A stretch of 47,028 nucleotides of DNA from Octopus bimaculoides (GCF_001194135.2 NC_069005.1:34993589-35040616); one strand, 5' to 3'. Positions 13,258-25,380 are shown, counted from the stretch's first letter. Notes: generated by a model from the letters alone, not told the origin. Translations and numbers: made by a program.

Positions 13258-14443
13258 ATAGAAGATAAAAAGATAAAAACAAAAACAAAACATTATTTAC
13301 CGTGAATCTGTCGTAAACTAACATTGCAAACTAATCCAGTTTGGATTAAGGCGAGATTGAATTATTGTTAAGGAAAGAAAGAAGGAGAAAGAAGAGGAGA
13401 AACAAGAAGTAAAAATCTCATCAATGATGTTCAATCAATTATTGATTCTTTTTTCTTTTTTGCTTATTTCGTTTGTTGACGTAAAAAAAATTGATTTCTT
13501 TCTTTTTAGCAGAAGTAATCAGCATCAAAGCGTTTGAAGGCAACATTTGAGGATTGATAACAACGGCTCTAAAGTGTTCTTTAACATTTATCGCTTCCGT
13601 CTGTTGCCAAAGCAAACGACAACGCTTCTTCGGAGCCACGCAACATGTGAAAATCTTTGAATGGCTTAGAAGCAGCAGCGGCGGCATCAGTGACGCATCA
13701 GTCTTGTGTCGCCACCATTGCTTAAAAATAGCCGCCACCTCTTAATCCAAATAATTCCGTTTCTGTGTAACCAGGGAACACAAACAAATAATGACGGACA
13801 ACGACGGAAGTTAGCAGCGTTCTCACATCCCTGTCACTGTTGTTGTTGTTGTTGATGATGGTGTTTGTGGTGATGATGCTGTTGTTTTTATTGGTGTTGT
13901 TGTTGTTGTTGGTGATGATGATGATGATGATGGTTCGTTTTGTTTATTTTTGTCTCAAGATGGTGTTTATTGGCGAGTGATGGACGCTTGTGCAGGGTTG
14001 GGTCTGTGGGATAGGGGGTGGGTGAGGTAAATGAATTATAGATGAGGGGAGGTAAATAGAAAAAGAGGGAGGGAGGGTTAGGGGGGTTGTGTGGTGGGGG
14101 AAACAGGGAAGGGGAGCGGGGTTGTTTGCTCTCCTTTTTTTCACAGTTTTAGTTTGTTTATTGTCATCTGAGCAAACAACAACAACGACAACACTACTGC
14201 TACTAATACTACTACTCCTGTATCACAATCAGTTACGAAAGCGATTAAGAAATTCAAACGTTGCGCAACACACACGCACACACACACACACACACACACG
14301 CCCGACAACAACACATCAATATATAAATACACACATACACTTATAGACATATACGCCCGTGCACACGCACACATGGGTAGATGTAGATATACGTATGTAT
14401 AACTATGTACAGATGCATTAATACACACACACACACGCAAGCA

Positions 14444-14484
<41 letters not shown>

Positions 14485-14867
14485 TGGTTATTAAGTATGC
14501 TATCACGTGTCTGTCTGCAAATTGATGGAGCGTTTAGTGAAAAGGTCATCAGATCCCTTTTGTACGTAGACAAGTCATACATTAAATATACATGTCGACC
14601 AACACACATACGGACTGATGAGTGTATACACGCACACATACACATAGAATCACACACACAATCACATATACACACATGTATATGTGCATACATGTATACA
14701 TATATAAATATATCATTATCATCATCATCATTAGAGCATGTGTGTGTAGATGTGTGTGCGCAAGGATCATTAGCATCCTCCTCATCAGAAGCAGTCCATC
14801 CTCGACCATCAGCAATGAGTTTCCATTTGAAATGTCGGGCGATATAAAAGCACATAAACAAGCAAAA

Positions 14868-14914
<47 letters not shown>

Positions 14915-15026
14915 AAATCTACCTNNNNNNNNNNNNNNNNNNNNNNNNNNNNNNNNNNNNNNNNNNNNNNNNNNNNNNNNNNNNNNNNNNNNNNNNNNNN
15001 NNNNNNNNNNNNNNNNNNNNNNNNNN

Positions 15027-15073
<47 letters not shown>

Positions 15074-15103
15074 CATACATACATACATACATATACAATA
15101 TAT

Positions 15104-15390
15104 GAGGATTTTGCTAGTCTCGGACTCCGCCACTCTCTGCGGTTTGTGCTCCTACCGCGTCTTGACTCTCTCAAGTCCCCGCTTTTCGCAGTTTCCAATG
15201 GCACACTTTTGCTACCTGGTTGTATCGGCACAACTTGCAGTGGTTTTGGGGCAAGTCTAGGGCATTCGTTCGTAATATGAGCAATGGTTTCATCCACTCT
15301 ATTGCAGATGCGGCACAGTGGAGACACTTGCTCATTCCAATGGTTGACCCTCCAGTTCGTGGCCAAAGCTTGGTCTTGCACTGCCAGAAT
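15104..15390 (-). mobile_element. Internal fragment of an RLE-type non-LTR retrotransposon (CCHC zinc knuckle)
   Basis: ILAVQDQALATNWRVNHWNEQVSPLCRICNRVDETIAHITNECPRLA (C-x2-C-x8-H-x4-C), then after frameshifts W*EHKPQRVAESETSKIL; typical of R2/R4/NeSL-class proteins just upstream of the RLE. Confidence 0.85.
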
Positions 15391-15395
15391 AATGC

Positions 15396-15430
<35 letters not shown>

Positions 15431-17049
15431 TTGCTATTAGTTGTTGAGGCTTTACAAATTCGTTACTCCGAATTTCTCATCGCCGATGATTTGGGGGCGA
15501 TAATGAAAAATGGAACAGCGGGCCTAGTACTTAAAATGTATTGTGAAATTGTTTTAAATGCACGACACGCATTGTTTGTTTAACGGAGAATAAGAAAGAA
15601 ACTTTATAGGATTGCAATAAAATAATTGTTATCCGTTATTTGTAAAACAGAAAACCCGTACAACCCGGTCGATGTAAAAATAATATTAATAAAAATCAGT
15701 TTGTCGAACGAAATATATCGAATGTATGAAACATGTATGAATTAGAACGATTTATATTTGTGGCTTGTAAGTAATAATAGCTTACACTATATTGTGAGGG
15801 AAGCAGCGTGTGTTAAAAATAACAGCTAATAATGTATAATGAGGAAAGTGGTGTTTTTTCAACAGATTAAGAAGCTCCAATTTCTGTATTTCAGAGTTAT
15901 GATACTATAATCACATTATTGGTCGGATAATTTAGAGTAATTTTCGAATATTAGTGAAATTACGAAGAAAGAACTTCGTAGACGGGATATAAAAGCCAAG
16001 CATTTCTGGCCGATTATTCAAGCTGCTTTCATTTTGAAATAAGGGTGACATTTTCTATTTAAAGTTGGCAGCAGACATTTGAAGGAAGCCTTCCATATTT
16101 TGTAAAGATAGCCCAACTATGAATTGACCAATAAGTCTTAAAAGTAATTTTTTTTTTTTTTTTTTTTTTTGCAAAGTCAAAACGTTATAAAACTGATTTA
16201 TGCTGTCTTCCAAAACTTTTAAGATATCGATATGTTGATATCATCTTATTTTACATAAGATTTAGTTTAGCCCAGCTCAGCTTGATTGGTGATGATTTTG
16301 TCAAAGAGTACGTTAACACAATTGCCAAAGCTTTCTGAATACAGTTGCCTTTAAGAAGACAATGTCTAAGAATGATGAAATTATAAGTGGGAGAAGTGGT
16401 TGTATTATTTCTGAGATATATAATTTGGGGCATTGAAACTCATGAAACATGCAAAGTTCTTACAACAAGAATAGATAATCTAATGTTCCTCGTTAATAGA
16501 TTATGATATTTATAATTAATAACGACAGATGCAGTATTAATGCCAAAAGATTATCTTGAACTCCAACTTAACGTGGAGAATGTGTTACAACACAGAATAC
16601 TGCGCTATTTAGACTGGGATAATCTCTCATAACGACTCGTGGTGCATAAAAGCACTCAGAATTATATCGTTGACAGATGAATACGATTGGGACATTTTTG
16701 TCCTACATTCAAAAATCATATGTAGCGATAAAAAAAAATAAAGTTTAGATTTTAATTATGGTACATAATGAAGGTCTGAAGAAGCGGGAAATAAAATAAA
16801 AACTGATTGTGCAAAATTCGGAGCGAAAGGGTTAAAGGACATATCAAATAATATTAGGGTCTTTGCTACAAACTGAGCAAAAGGGACAGTTACAGTGAAG
16901 GCTGACCTGGAGCCAAACTGTATTCTTCGCTCCAGTTTTTAAATACATTCGAGTGGCCGCGGTTCTGATCCGAGAACGAACTCGGGCGAAACTCACATCG
17001 TGTCTACATTTTGTATTATTTATCCCATTGTGGGTAAATCTTATAGTAG

Positions 17050-17255
17050 TTTGGTATTGTCGCCTTGGATCAGTATCGTTGACCTAAGGACATAGTAGTT
17101 AAAAGGGGGAAGAGGAGGGAGACATGAATCCCCTTTGATTTCTTCGGTCCCATGGAGAGATTGAACCACGTACTATAGCATAATGAACAGTGGGGGTGGA
17201 AGTTTGGCTGTTATTTCTAGCAGGCTGACCAACCAGCAAAGGCTACCATGTTGGT
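17050..17255 (-). mobile_element. SINE 3' region (family also at 30140 and 43620)
   Basis: GTTTGGCTGTTATTTCTAGCAGG (about 17200-17224) is the reverse complement of the CTGTTAGAAATAACAGCCAAAC motif at about 43646. Confidence 0.55.
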
Positions 17256-17604
17256 TATAGATATAAACACATTCCTGTGGCGTAATGTTCAGCAAGGTCA
17301 CCTATTATTGTGGACATAAACATGTTTACATGTGAATTTTAGAAGAAACTTTCGAAACGAAATTTTAGCAACCAGGAAACGCCAACGTGAGGGTAGGAGA
17401 GAGTGTGTCAGGAGAGAAAGAGAGAGGGAGAGAAAGAGAGGAGGAATGAAGAAGAGAGAGGAAAAAAGAGGGAAGGACTGACAGAGAGATGCATGTATGA
17501 ATATGTTTTCAGTTCGAAGACTAATTTTTGTAGGTCAGGTGGTAGAATGAATTGAAATGTAGCGCAGTAAATGACTAAGATAAAACAGGATAAAGACCCT
17601 TCTC

Positions 17605-17830
17605 GAGTCATGTTGACTCATAGGACCGGATTCTCGCTTTCTGTGGCTTAAATATTCCCCCTCCTGGACGGGCCGCCGTAGGGTGACTCGTTCTTACTAG
17701 CTGAGTGGACGGGGTCAACGTGAAAAGAAGTGTTTTGCTCAAGAACACAACGAGTCGCCCGGTACAGGAATCGAAACTACAATCTTATGATCATAAGTCC
17801 AACACTCTAACCATTAAGCCACGTGGTCCC
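17605..17830 (-). mobile_element. tRNA-derived SINE with conserved central domain (Nin-like)
   Basis: Minus strand: A-box TGGCTTAATGG (17811-17821), B-box GTTTCGATTCC (17767-17777), TGTGTTCTTGAGCAAAACACTT (17728-17749), then CCACTCAGCT and CCCGTCCAGGAGGGG segments. Confidence 0.7.
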
Positions 17831-18828
17831 ACAGTATATGACTGCTACTTATCAACTCCAAAAGTATATGTTTACGTTGCGTTGTATTGAAGCCACCATT
17901 CCGCTTCTGAAAGCTGTCCACGTCATGTGTTTATACGAACAAATATGAAATCTGTCTGAAAGTGATGCCATCAGTTGGCTTTTATGCCCCTAGAGGGAGA
18001 CACTAACATCCCATTTCTCTTCCGTTCGAAGCACAAAGATTTTGTGCCTGATTAACACAAAACCGAATTTATTTGTCAGTGTCAGATCTCTTGCTTTGTT
18101 TGTTTATCTGTTGGTTCGTTCCCAACCGATTAATCGTTTATTCAAAACCAATTCGTCAACAGTTAAAAAACAAATCTGATTAAAAATGTATTTTTATTAT
18201 TTCGTTGACTGCTCCTTCCTCTTCTCTGGTATGTCACACTTGTAATTAAATTCTCATGTTATTTTTATAAAAAAGAAAAATATGAAGCAAACATCATAGA
18301 TTTTGTCGAAAGACGCATGTGGTTGCGTATATACAGTGCGCATATATATATGTATGTATATAAACTAGGGTTATTTACATAAAATATCAACTGTTACACT
18401 TCTTAATGTTTAATTAAATTCCTCTTTTCTACGGAAGCTCCTAAAACTACGTCAATTCCACAAGATTTCGAGTGCAAAATTATTTATTTTCATGTTTTGT
18501 TTATTTGTTACGTTTTTCTTTTAAGGTTAGTTGTGTGTGGGGAGGGGGTAGAATTGGAGGGAGGGAGGGTGCAGTTAAGTGTAGCCACTTATAGCAATCG
18601 GTGCATGTCACCAGCTTTGACAATGAGTAATGATAATAATAATAATAATAATGAAACTAATATAATAATAATGATGATGATGATTTTCTTAATAATAGGA
18701 ATAACAACAGTGTCTTTTGATGAGGCACAAAATGAATTTGCATAAAATTCTCTGATGATGATGATGATGATGACGATGATGGTATGGAAAGGAAGTTTGA
18801 GGAGAGAAAGGAGGAAATAACTGCGGCG

Positions 18829-19024
18829 CAGCTGGTGAAACGACATGTCACGTGGTCATGCAGAGAGGTCAGAGACTGGATCACGGTCACAGACACTCGG
18901 CGGTGACTTCGTCCAGTCACTTGACTCCAGCTTGTCACGTGACACTCAGTTGTAACCTTGTCCTCTATCGTGACATTCACACTGGATTACATGCAGGTCT
19001 GATGTCACGTGGCTTAACCGGAAG
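18829..19024. promoter_or_regulatory. Homotypic GTCACGTG E-box cluster plus ETS site
   Basis: CAGCTG 18829, GTCACGTG 18847-18854, GTCACTTGAC 18916-18925, GTCACGTGAC 18934-18943, GTCACGTG 19004-19011, ACCGGAAG 19017-19024. Confidence 0.5.
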
Positions 19025-19227
19025 GGGAAGAAGAAGAGGAGGAAGAAGAAGCAGAAGAGAGGAGTAAATTTCACCCGAAAGCATAACTGGAATGCATAAC
19101 TGAAGAGGGGAGGAAGAGGAGGTGGTGGTGGTGGGAGTAAGGTGGGTTAACGTCCCTCCTCCTCCTACTACTTCCACCACCACCACTGCAAGGCATTACA
19201 ACTACTGTAATACTGTGCAGTACAACA

Positions 19228-19270
<43 letters not shown>

Positions 19271-19690
19271 TGTAGTGTTTTTGCCACCAAGAAAGTCACT
19301 GCAGTTATGTATAATAAAATGAGCTTCGTCAGTGTCGAAGTGGTCTTAATGGGCGGCGGAGAGAAGGGCGACAAACCAACAGATCGAACGCAGAAAGAAC
19401 GGTGAGATGCAGCTCGGACGCCATTTCTGTCAACAGCAACAGCATCAGCATCAGCAACAACAATTACTCAGTGACATACGAGCAAAGAGGTGCATATCGA
19501 TGTGGTCCTCCTATACGCTGGATGTAACAACTAAATCTCCCTCAAATCATATCCTAATCATAAACAAAAATAAAGGACACACTGAATAATCTATAAAGAC
19601 TAATAAGAATGCATAATGAATAACGAGTAAGAATGTATAAATGAATAAATTCCTCGATACACTGTGTCAAAATAATAGTTGAGATAAGAG

Positions 19691-19796
19691 GGGTGGGGTC
19701 TGATTGGAGCATGTTTGATCATGTCCAGCTGAAGATTGAGCTGGGGCCGGGCAATAAGAAGAGCCTCAACTCTCTTTACAAACATCACGTGACTCA
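19691..19796. promoter_or_regulatory. GT-box, Y-box and composite E-box/AP-1 motifs
   Basis: GGGTGGGG 19691, CTGATTGG 19700-19707, TCACGTGACTCA 19785-19796 (CACGTG overlapping TGACTCA). Confidence 0.3.
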
Positions 19797-20288
19797 TAGC
19801 ATATGGCGCATGACCTCGAGACAATTTAGCTGACGATGATCAATGTTTCGGACATTGAAGTGTTTTAAACTTGACCCGTTTTCCGTCATCTCTTCGCTTT
19901 GCACCGTTTTTAATAATGACCTTTGCACGACTTCTCTCTTCTTAACGACTCGGTGGCATTAGTCACATCATATATATACATATATACATATACAGCAGAG
20001 CGCATACGTGAGTATATGTGCGCGTGTGTTGTGTGTGTGTGTGTGTGTTCGCTTCTTTATAAATGGCATGTGTGTTTAAGTAGGAATATCAAACGTTCTA
20101 TGAATGTTATTTATATATGGTACAAATATGTGTGTACATACACACACACACACACACAAATGCGTGGAAACATGTATAAATAGAAATAAACATATATATG
20201 CGTACATGTATTTGAGTATAGACACACACACACATACATACATACATACATACATACATACATACATACATACATGCGCATGTATATA

Positions 20289-20730
20289 CAGGGTGTTCGT
20301 ACCAAATTTTATGATTTTTATGTCATATTTTTTGTTTCGGAACAACTTGATGTAATGGTAAGCAGTTAACGGCGTTGGAGAGCATAAAAATTAAAGTTGT
20401 AGTTGAGAAAAAGTTAGCAAACATGGAGGACTCGAAACCATTTGAATATTGGAAGAGAATTACTTGTATCAAAACGTCGACAACATGACTGTTGCTCAAT
20501 GCTCTGTGAACTGTGTAAAGGTTGTGATATGTAACAGGGACAGCTGCAATGGAGTCTATGAGGTTGTGGTCAGCAGGAAATGATTCAGAAGGTGCTGTAA
20601 TTGCTTCTGCAATTCATCCCCGTATCCTGTTGAGTCTTAGGCTCAATTCAGACAGCTATGTGAAGCTACTGGGGACAATGGCTTCACATACCCGCCTGGC
20701 TTCACAATGCTTTCACAAATCCTGGATATG
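20289..20730 (+). mobile_element. Tc1/mariner-superfamily DNA transposon relic, internally deleted
   Basis: TA followed by CAGGGTGTTC (typical TIR start) at 20287-20298. Peptide NDSEGAVIAS..LRLNSDSYVKLL (LRLNSDSYVKLL at 20636-20671) resembles the SSEGHVMPP..GLRLNSDxYVKLL segment between catalytic residues of Tc1/mariner transposases. No right TIR seen. Confidence 0.6.
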
Positions 20731-21539
20731 AGAGAGTTACTGCTGTTTCTAAATCTAGGGGGCGAGTTACTGAATCTAGGGGGCGAGAGCCTTGGCTTAC
20801 GATGTAATTATCTTATGTCGACGTTACAGGCTGTGTAATTACGTAATGTAATTAAGTACCCATTAACTTAGTAAACACGACCATGGGTCTCACCTGGCGG
20901 AGGAGTTTTACCTTGTTGTCTATAGTTTCTAATTCTCCTCCTCCTCCTCATTTTTATTATTATTATCATCATTAGCACTATCATCATCACCATTCTCACC
21001 ATACCCATAATCCTCCCCCCTCATCATCGTCATCATCATCAACATTGGTAGTCGTAGTAGTGATGGTGGAAGTTATGATAATAGCTGTAATAATAGTGGT
21101 GGCGCTGATGGTTATGTACTAGTGTTACGGGGGTGGGGTGTCGGGGCTGTAATAAAGCTAACATTGAAACGCTATGGAACATTGAAGGAAGCCCTTATTG
21201 TTCTTGGTGTTGTCAGTTTTTGTTGTTGTTGTTGTTGTAGCAATTTATTACCGATGCTGTTGTTGTTGTTTTAGTTGTTATTGTAGACTATTGTTGCTGT
21301 TGTTGTTGTACGTATTGTATTTATGTTGCAGTTTCCACATCTGGGATTCATTGGAGTAAATTTATTGTCATCACAGCTGACAACCTCTCTGATCACATCT
21401 CCCTCTCTCTCTCTCCCACCCTCCTTCTCTCTCTTTCACTCCTTCTCCCCCTCCCTCTCAAACACATATGTATATATATATATATATATACACGCGCATA
21501 CACACATACATATATATACATAAATATATTAGATTCATA

Positions 21540-21578
<39 letters not shown>

Positions 21579-22065
21579 ATGCGTATATACATATATATCT
21601 ATAACAGTGTTTACAGAAACACCACTATGTGTATAAATACGTGCACTCACACACACACACGCACATATACAGATGCACATACATAACTACATGCATACAC
21701 GCACATACGTAGACGTTTTGATATGTTTGTTGTTGAGTTTTCGTCAGTTTTCTTTAGCCATGACGGAAAAAGTTAAAGCTGGAGTACCGCGCATGCGCAC
21801 GCGAGCGTGTGTGCAGGAACGTTCATAATCTTGATATTCACTGAGACACACACACACACACGAACAGATATGCGCGCGCACGCGCACATCCGCAGGGTCA
21901 TGTGTATCTTCATGCATGGATGCCGACACACGCTTTCGTTTTCCTTTTACGGATGACACCAATTTTATACACAATAGCCCGATCTTTATACAGTTCACAA
22001 GCATAGATGTATAGGCTATACATACATACATATACCTTACAGACACACACACACACACATATGGG

Positions 22066-22113
<48 letters not shown>

Positions 22114-22863
22114 GCATACATGTATTCCACCTATACACACATACATTACACAGCAATGTGCACCATTGATTCAACACACTCCTACACACACACACACACA
22201 CACTTATATATCTATTTATATGACTCTATTTTATATATTTTCATTTTGAGATAAGGTGTGAAACATCGTCAATTTAGAATTGGAAAAAAAAGAAATCAAT
22301 GCAGCGCAAAAGTCGACTTTTCAAGGTTGGAAAAAAATCAACAAAAATACCGAACGATTTCCCTTCATAAGGGGTCAATTCTTAGGATGGAAATAAAACG
22401 TAAATCTTTTCTGACGAGGGTTAAACATGCGGACCAGAACTCCTGACTAACACATTGCATCATTTACCACAGATCCAACATGTGACTACAAATATTTTTA
22501 ATTAAAACTCGAGTTCAATGAATTTAACATAATAATTAGATTGCCGTTGATAAAAGTTAATAATTATAAACCTGAATATAAAAGCAGACACCGTTTTAAT
22601 AGCCAATGCATCGATTGTAAAGATTAGATTTGCAATCCACTGAAGCCAAACGTTTATAAATAAACATTGACAAATTTGTTTTCGTCTGCCAAGAGGTTAA
22701 AACGTGAAAATGAACTTAAACTTCTCTTCATCTGTACTTTTATCAGAAGAGTTACTTTACCTTTACTTCCAGCAGTTTTATTGCAATACATACATACATA
22801 CATACATACATACATACATACATACATACATACATACATACATACATACGAGAGAGAAAGTTA

Positions 22864-22990
22864 GATAACACCCATGAGCTCGGTTGGTCTCGCTTGCGGA
22901 TCCAGACGGATCAACAGGAGATGGTTGTTTCTGACAGGACGCGATGGAAGGTGTACTTGAGGTTTCTGACCCCACCAGACCCTCCCAGGA
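22864..22990 (+). mobile_element. RTE-type LINE C-terminal fragment
   Basis: Manual translation DNTHELGWSRLRIQTDQQEMVVSDRTRWKVYLRFLTPP resembles the RTE terminus DLGWxRLGx..xEMxxVxxDRxxWRxxLELLPP. Confidence 0.5.
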
Positions 22991-23562
22991 TTAAGAAAGC
23001 AAAGAAGACGAGTTTATGCATCAGTATCTCGCCTTCTCAACCGATCCTTACTGGAGAATGAAATCTCGAGATAAAAACTGATTTGTGTGAAAGACCCACG
23101 CAACAAATTCAGATTAGAACGGAAATTACTAAATTCCTGAAACATTGAGAAGCAGCCAGAACAAACACTTAGCAACATCAAACAACAAACCACCACAAAA
23201 TTATGGGGTGTTTGTGTGTTTTTGTGCACCATGCAGTCATGTGAAACGCTGCCGAGCGCCACACTTGAACGTGCAACGAAATGCAAGTGCAACGAAATAC
23301 AGAATAATACGAAACACATCAGCAGGAGTAGAGACCCGCACAAACTCAGCCACGGTCTTTATATTCTAAGAAAAACGGCCCTACTCATGTAACAAAGGTT
23401 CTTAACGATGTTTTACCAGATCACACCTTCCTAAAAGACTGGATCCAAGTCTTGTCATTTTATTTCGGATATGTTTATCTCGTTTCGTGTTACTCCACGT
23501 TGCTTCGGGTCTGTTGCGATGCTTTTATCTATCCCAGATCCTTAACAGAAGATAACAAAATA

Positions 23563-23578
23563 CAGTGCCCTCTGGTGA
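23563..23578 (-). promoter_or_regulatory. CTCF-like motif
   Basis: Minus strand TCACCAGAGGGCACTG versus consensus CCACCAGRGGGCRCTG (one mismatch). Confidence 0.4.
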
Positions 23579-23706
23579 TTAAAATGGGTCACTAATTTCA
23601 TTCCAGCTGCTCAGTTAACTACAATTTCTCGTGTCTGGTGAATTACTCAACGTCTAGCCTCTTTGTTATTCGTTGATACCAGACACACACAAAACACACA
23701 CACATG

Positions 23707-23741
<35 letters not shown>

Positions 23742-24129
23742 GTTTATATCTGCACGCGTGTGTGTATATGTGGTGTGGGGGGAGGTAAAATGGATGCTAG
23801 CGTCTGCTGTAGATATGCAAAATATGATGTTCAATGTAGAGATGCAGTACAAATCTGTCTGTCTGCCTGTCTAGCAGCTCCTTTTCCTCTTCCTTCACCT
23901 CATCGTATTTCTCATGTCAACCGTTGCATAGTAGACTCTCAAAGTTCACCAAGTACACACACACACACACGTACACACACACACAGGGGCACATACAACC
24001 ACACATAAATGTATGTACATATTTATATGTATGTACACTTCTAAGTATACATGCATATGAATATATGTATGTACAGGTATGTGCATATGTATATATACAT
24101 ATATACACACACATATATATATACGTGTG

Positions 24130-24246
<117 letters not shown>

Positions 24247-24760
24247 ACTGCCTAATCATAGTTATAACACAGATCACTATATAAACAGTTGCGGAACGCA
24301 GAGTACTGTCTCAAATATCGGGGGTATTTACGCGCGCGCGCGCATAAAGAGACGGGGAGAGAGAGAGAGAGAGGAATATGTATTAGGATAAAGGTTCAAA
24401 TTAATATTTAGTAAATTTTGTGTGCGTGTTTGTGTGTGCATATATGTTCAAACTTACATACATACACTCACACACACATTAATATACATATTTACATATA
24501 ACTATATAAATATGTATGAGTGTGTGAGTGCGTGTATGTATATATATATATACACACACACACAGAGAAGGAGAGAGAGAGATTAAATGACACCTAACGT
24601 AAACAACTTACATTAGGCTCGGTGTGTGTGTAACCCTCTTCCTGTTTATCTGTCTCGTTCCTCATTCTATTCATCGATGTATGAATATGAATATAAATAT
24701 ATGTATATACGTGTGTGTGTGTATGTGTGTGTATGTTTGTGATATATACATAGATGCGGA

Positions 24761-24800
24761 TATATATATATGTAAACATAATATATATATATATGTAAAC

Positions 24801-24838
<38 letters not shown>

Positions 24839-25366
24839 TAATATATATATATATATATATATATATNNNNNNNNNNNNNNNNNNNNNNNNNNNNNNNNNN
24901 NNNNNNNNNNNNNNNNNNNNNNNNNNNNNNNNNNNNNNNNNNNNNNNNNNNNNNNNNNNNNNNNNNNNNNNNNNNNNNNNNNNNNNNNNNNNNNNNNNNN
25001 NNNNNNNNNNNNNNNNNNNNNNNNNNNNNNNNNNNNNNNNNNNNNNNNNNNNNNNNNNNNNNNNNNNNNNNNNNNNNNNNNNNNNNNNNNNNNNNNNNNN
25101 NNNNNNNNNNNNNNNNNNNNNNNNNNNNNNNNNNNNNNNNNNNNNNNNNNNNNNNNNNNNNNNNNNNNNNNNNNNNNNNNNNNNNNNNNNNNNNNNNNNN
25201 NNNNNNNNNNNNNNNNNNNNNNNNNNNNNNNNNNNNNNNNNNNNNNNNNNNNNNNNNNNNNNNNNNNNNNNNNNNNNNNNNNNNNNNNNNNNNNNNNNNN
25301 NNNNNNNNNNNNNNNNNNNNNNNNNNNNNNNNNNNNNNNNNNNATAATATATATATATATGTAAAC

Positions 25367-25380
<14 letters not shown>
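24761..25380. repeat. Compound minisatellite (AT)n-GTAAACATA spanning a gap
   Basis: GTAAACATA at 24772, 24795, 24832 and, after the 477-N gap, at 25361, separated by variable (AT)n. Confidence 0.9.

Noticed and set aside
12937-13268. Protein-looking ORFs on both strands (WDFNLERKQLEQILQQ; MTSKSSTPSRD)
   Set aside because: No recognisable homology, and frames are closed after the best acceptor.
13490-13745. Strong acceptor TTTCTTTTTAG followed by GC-richer DNA
   Set aside because: All three frames hit stops within about 40 nt; no evidence for a coding exon.
14770-14826. Minus-strand GAAAC..GUC..CUGAUGAG in type-II hammerhead order
   Set aside because: Stem II cannot form (G-G at 10.1/11.1) and stem I is only 3 weak pairs.
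16085-16101. 16/17 match to the U6 snRNA 3' end (GAAGCCTTCCATATTTT)
   Set aside because: No upstream U6 sequence follows; treated as chance.
16824-16835. piggyBac-like end CGAAAGGG-TTAA
   Set aside because: No matching TTAA-CCCTTTCG left end found in the sequenced window, so not called as an element.
21789-21798. Perfect NRF1 motif GCGCATGCGC
   Set aside because: It sits in decaying CA/CG dinucleotide repeats that generate this motif readily.
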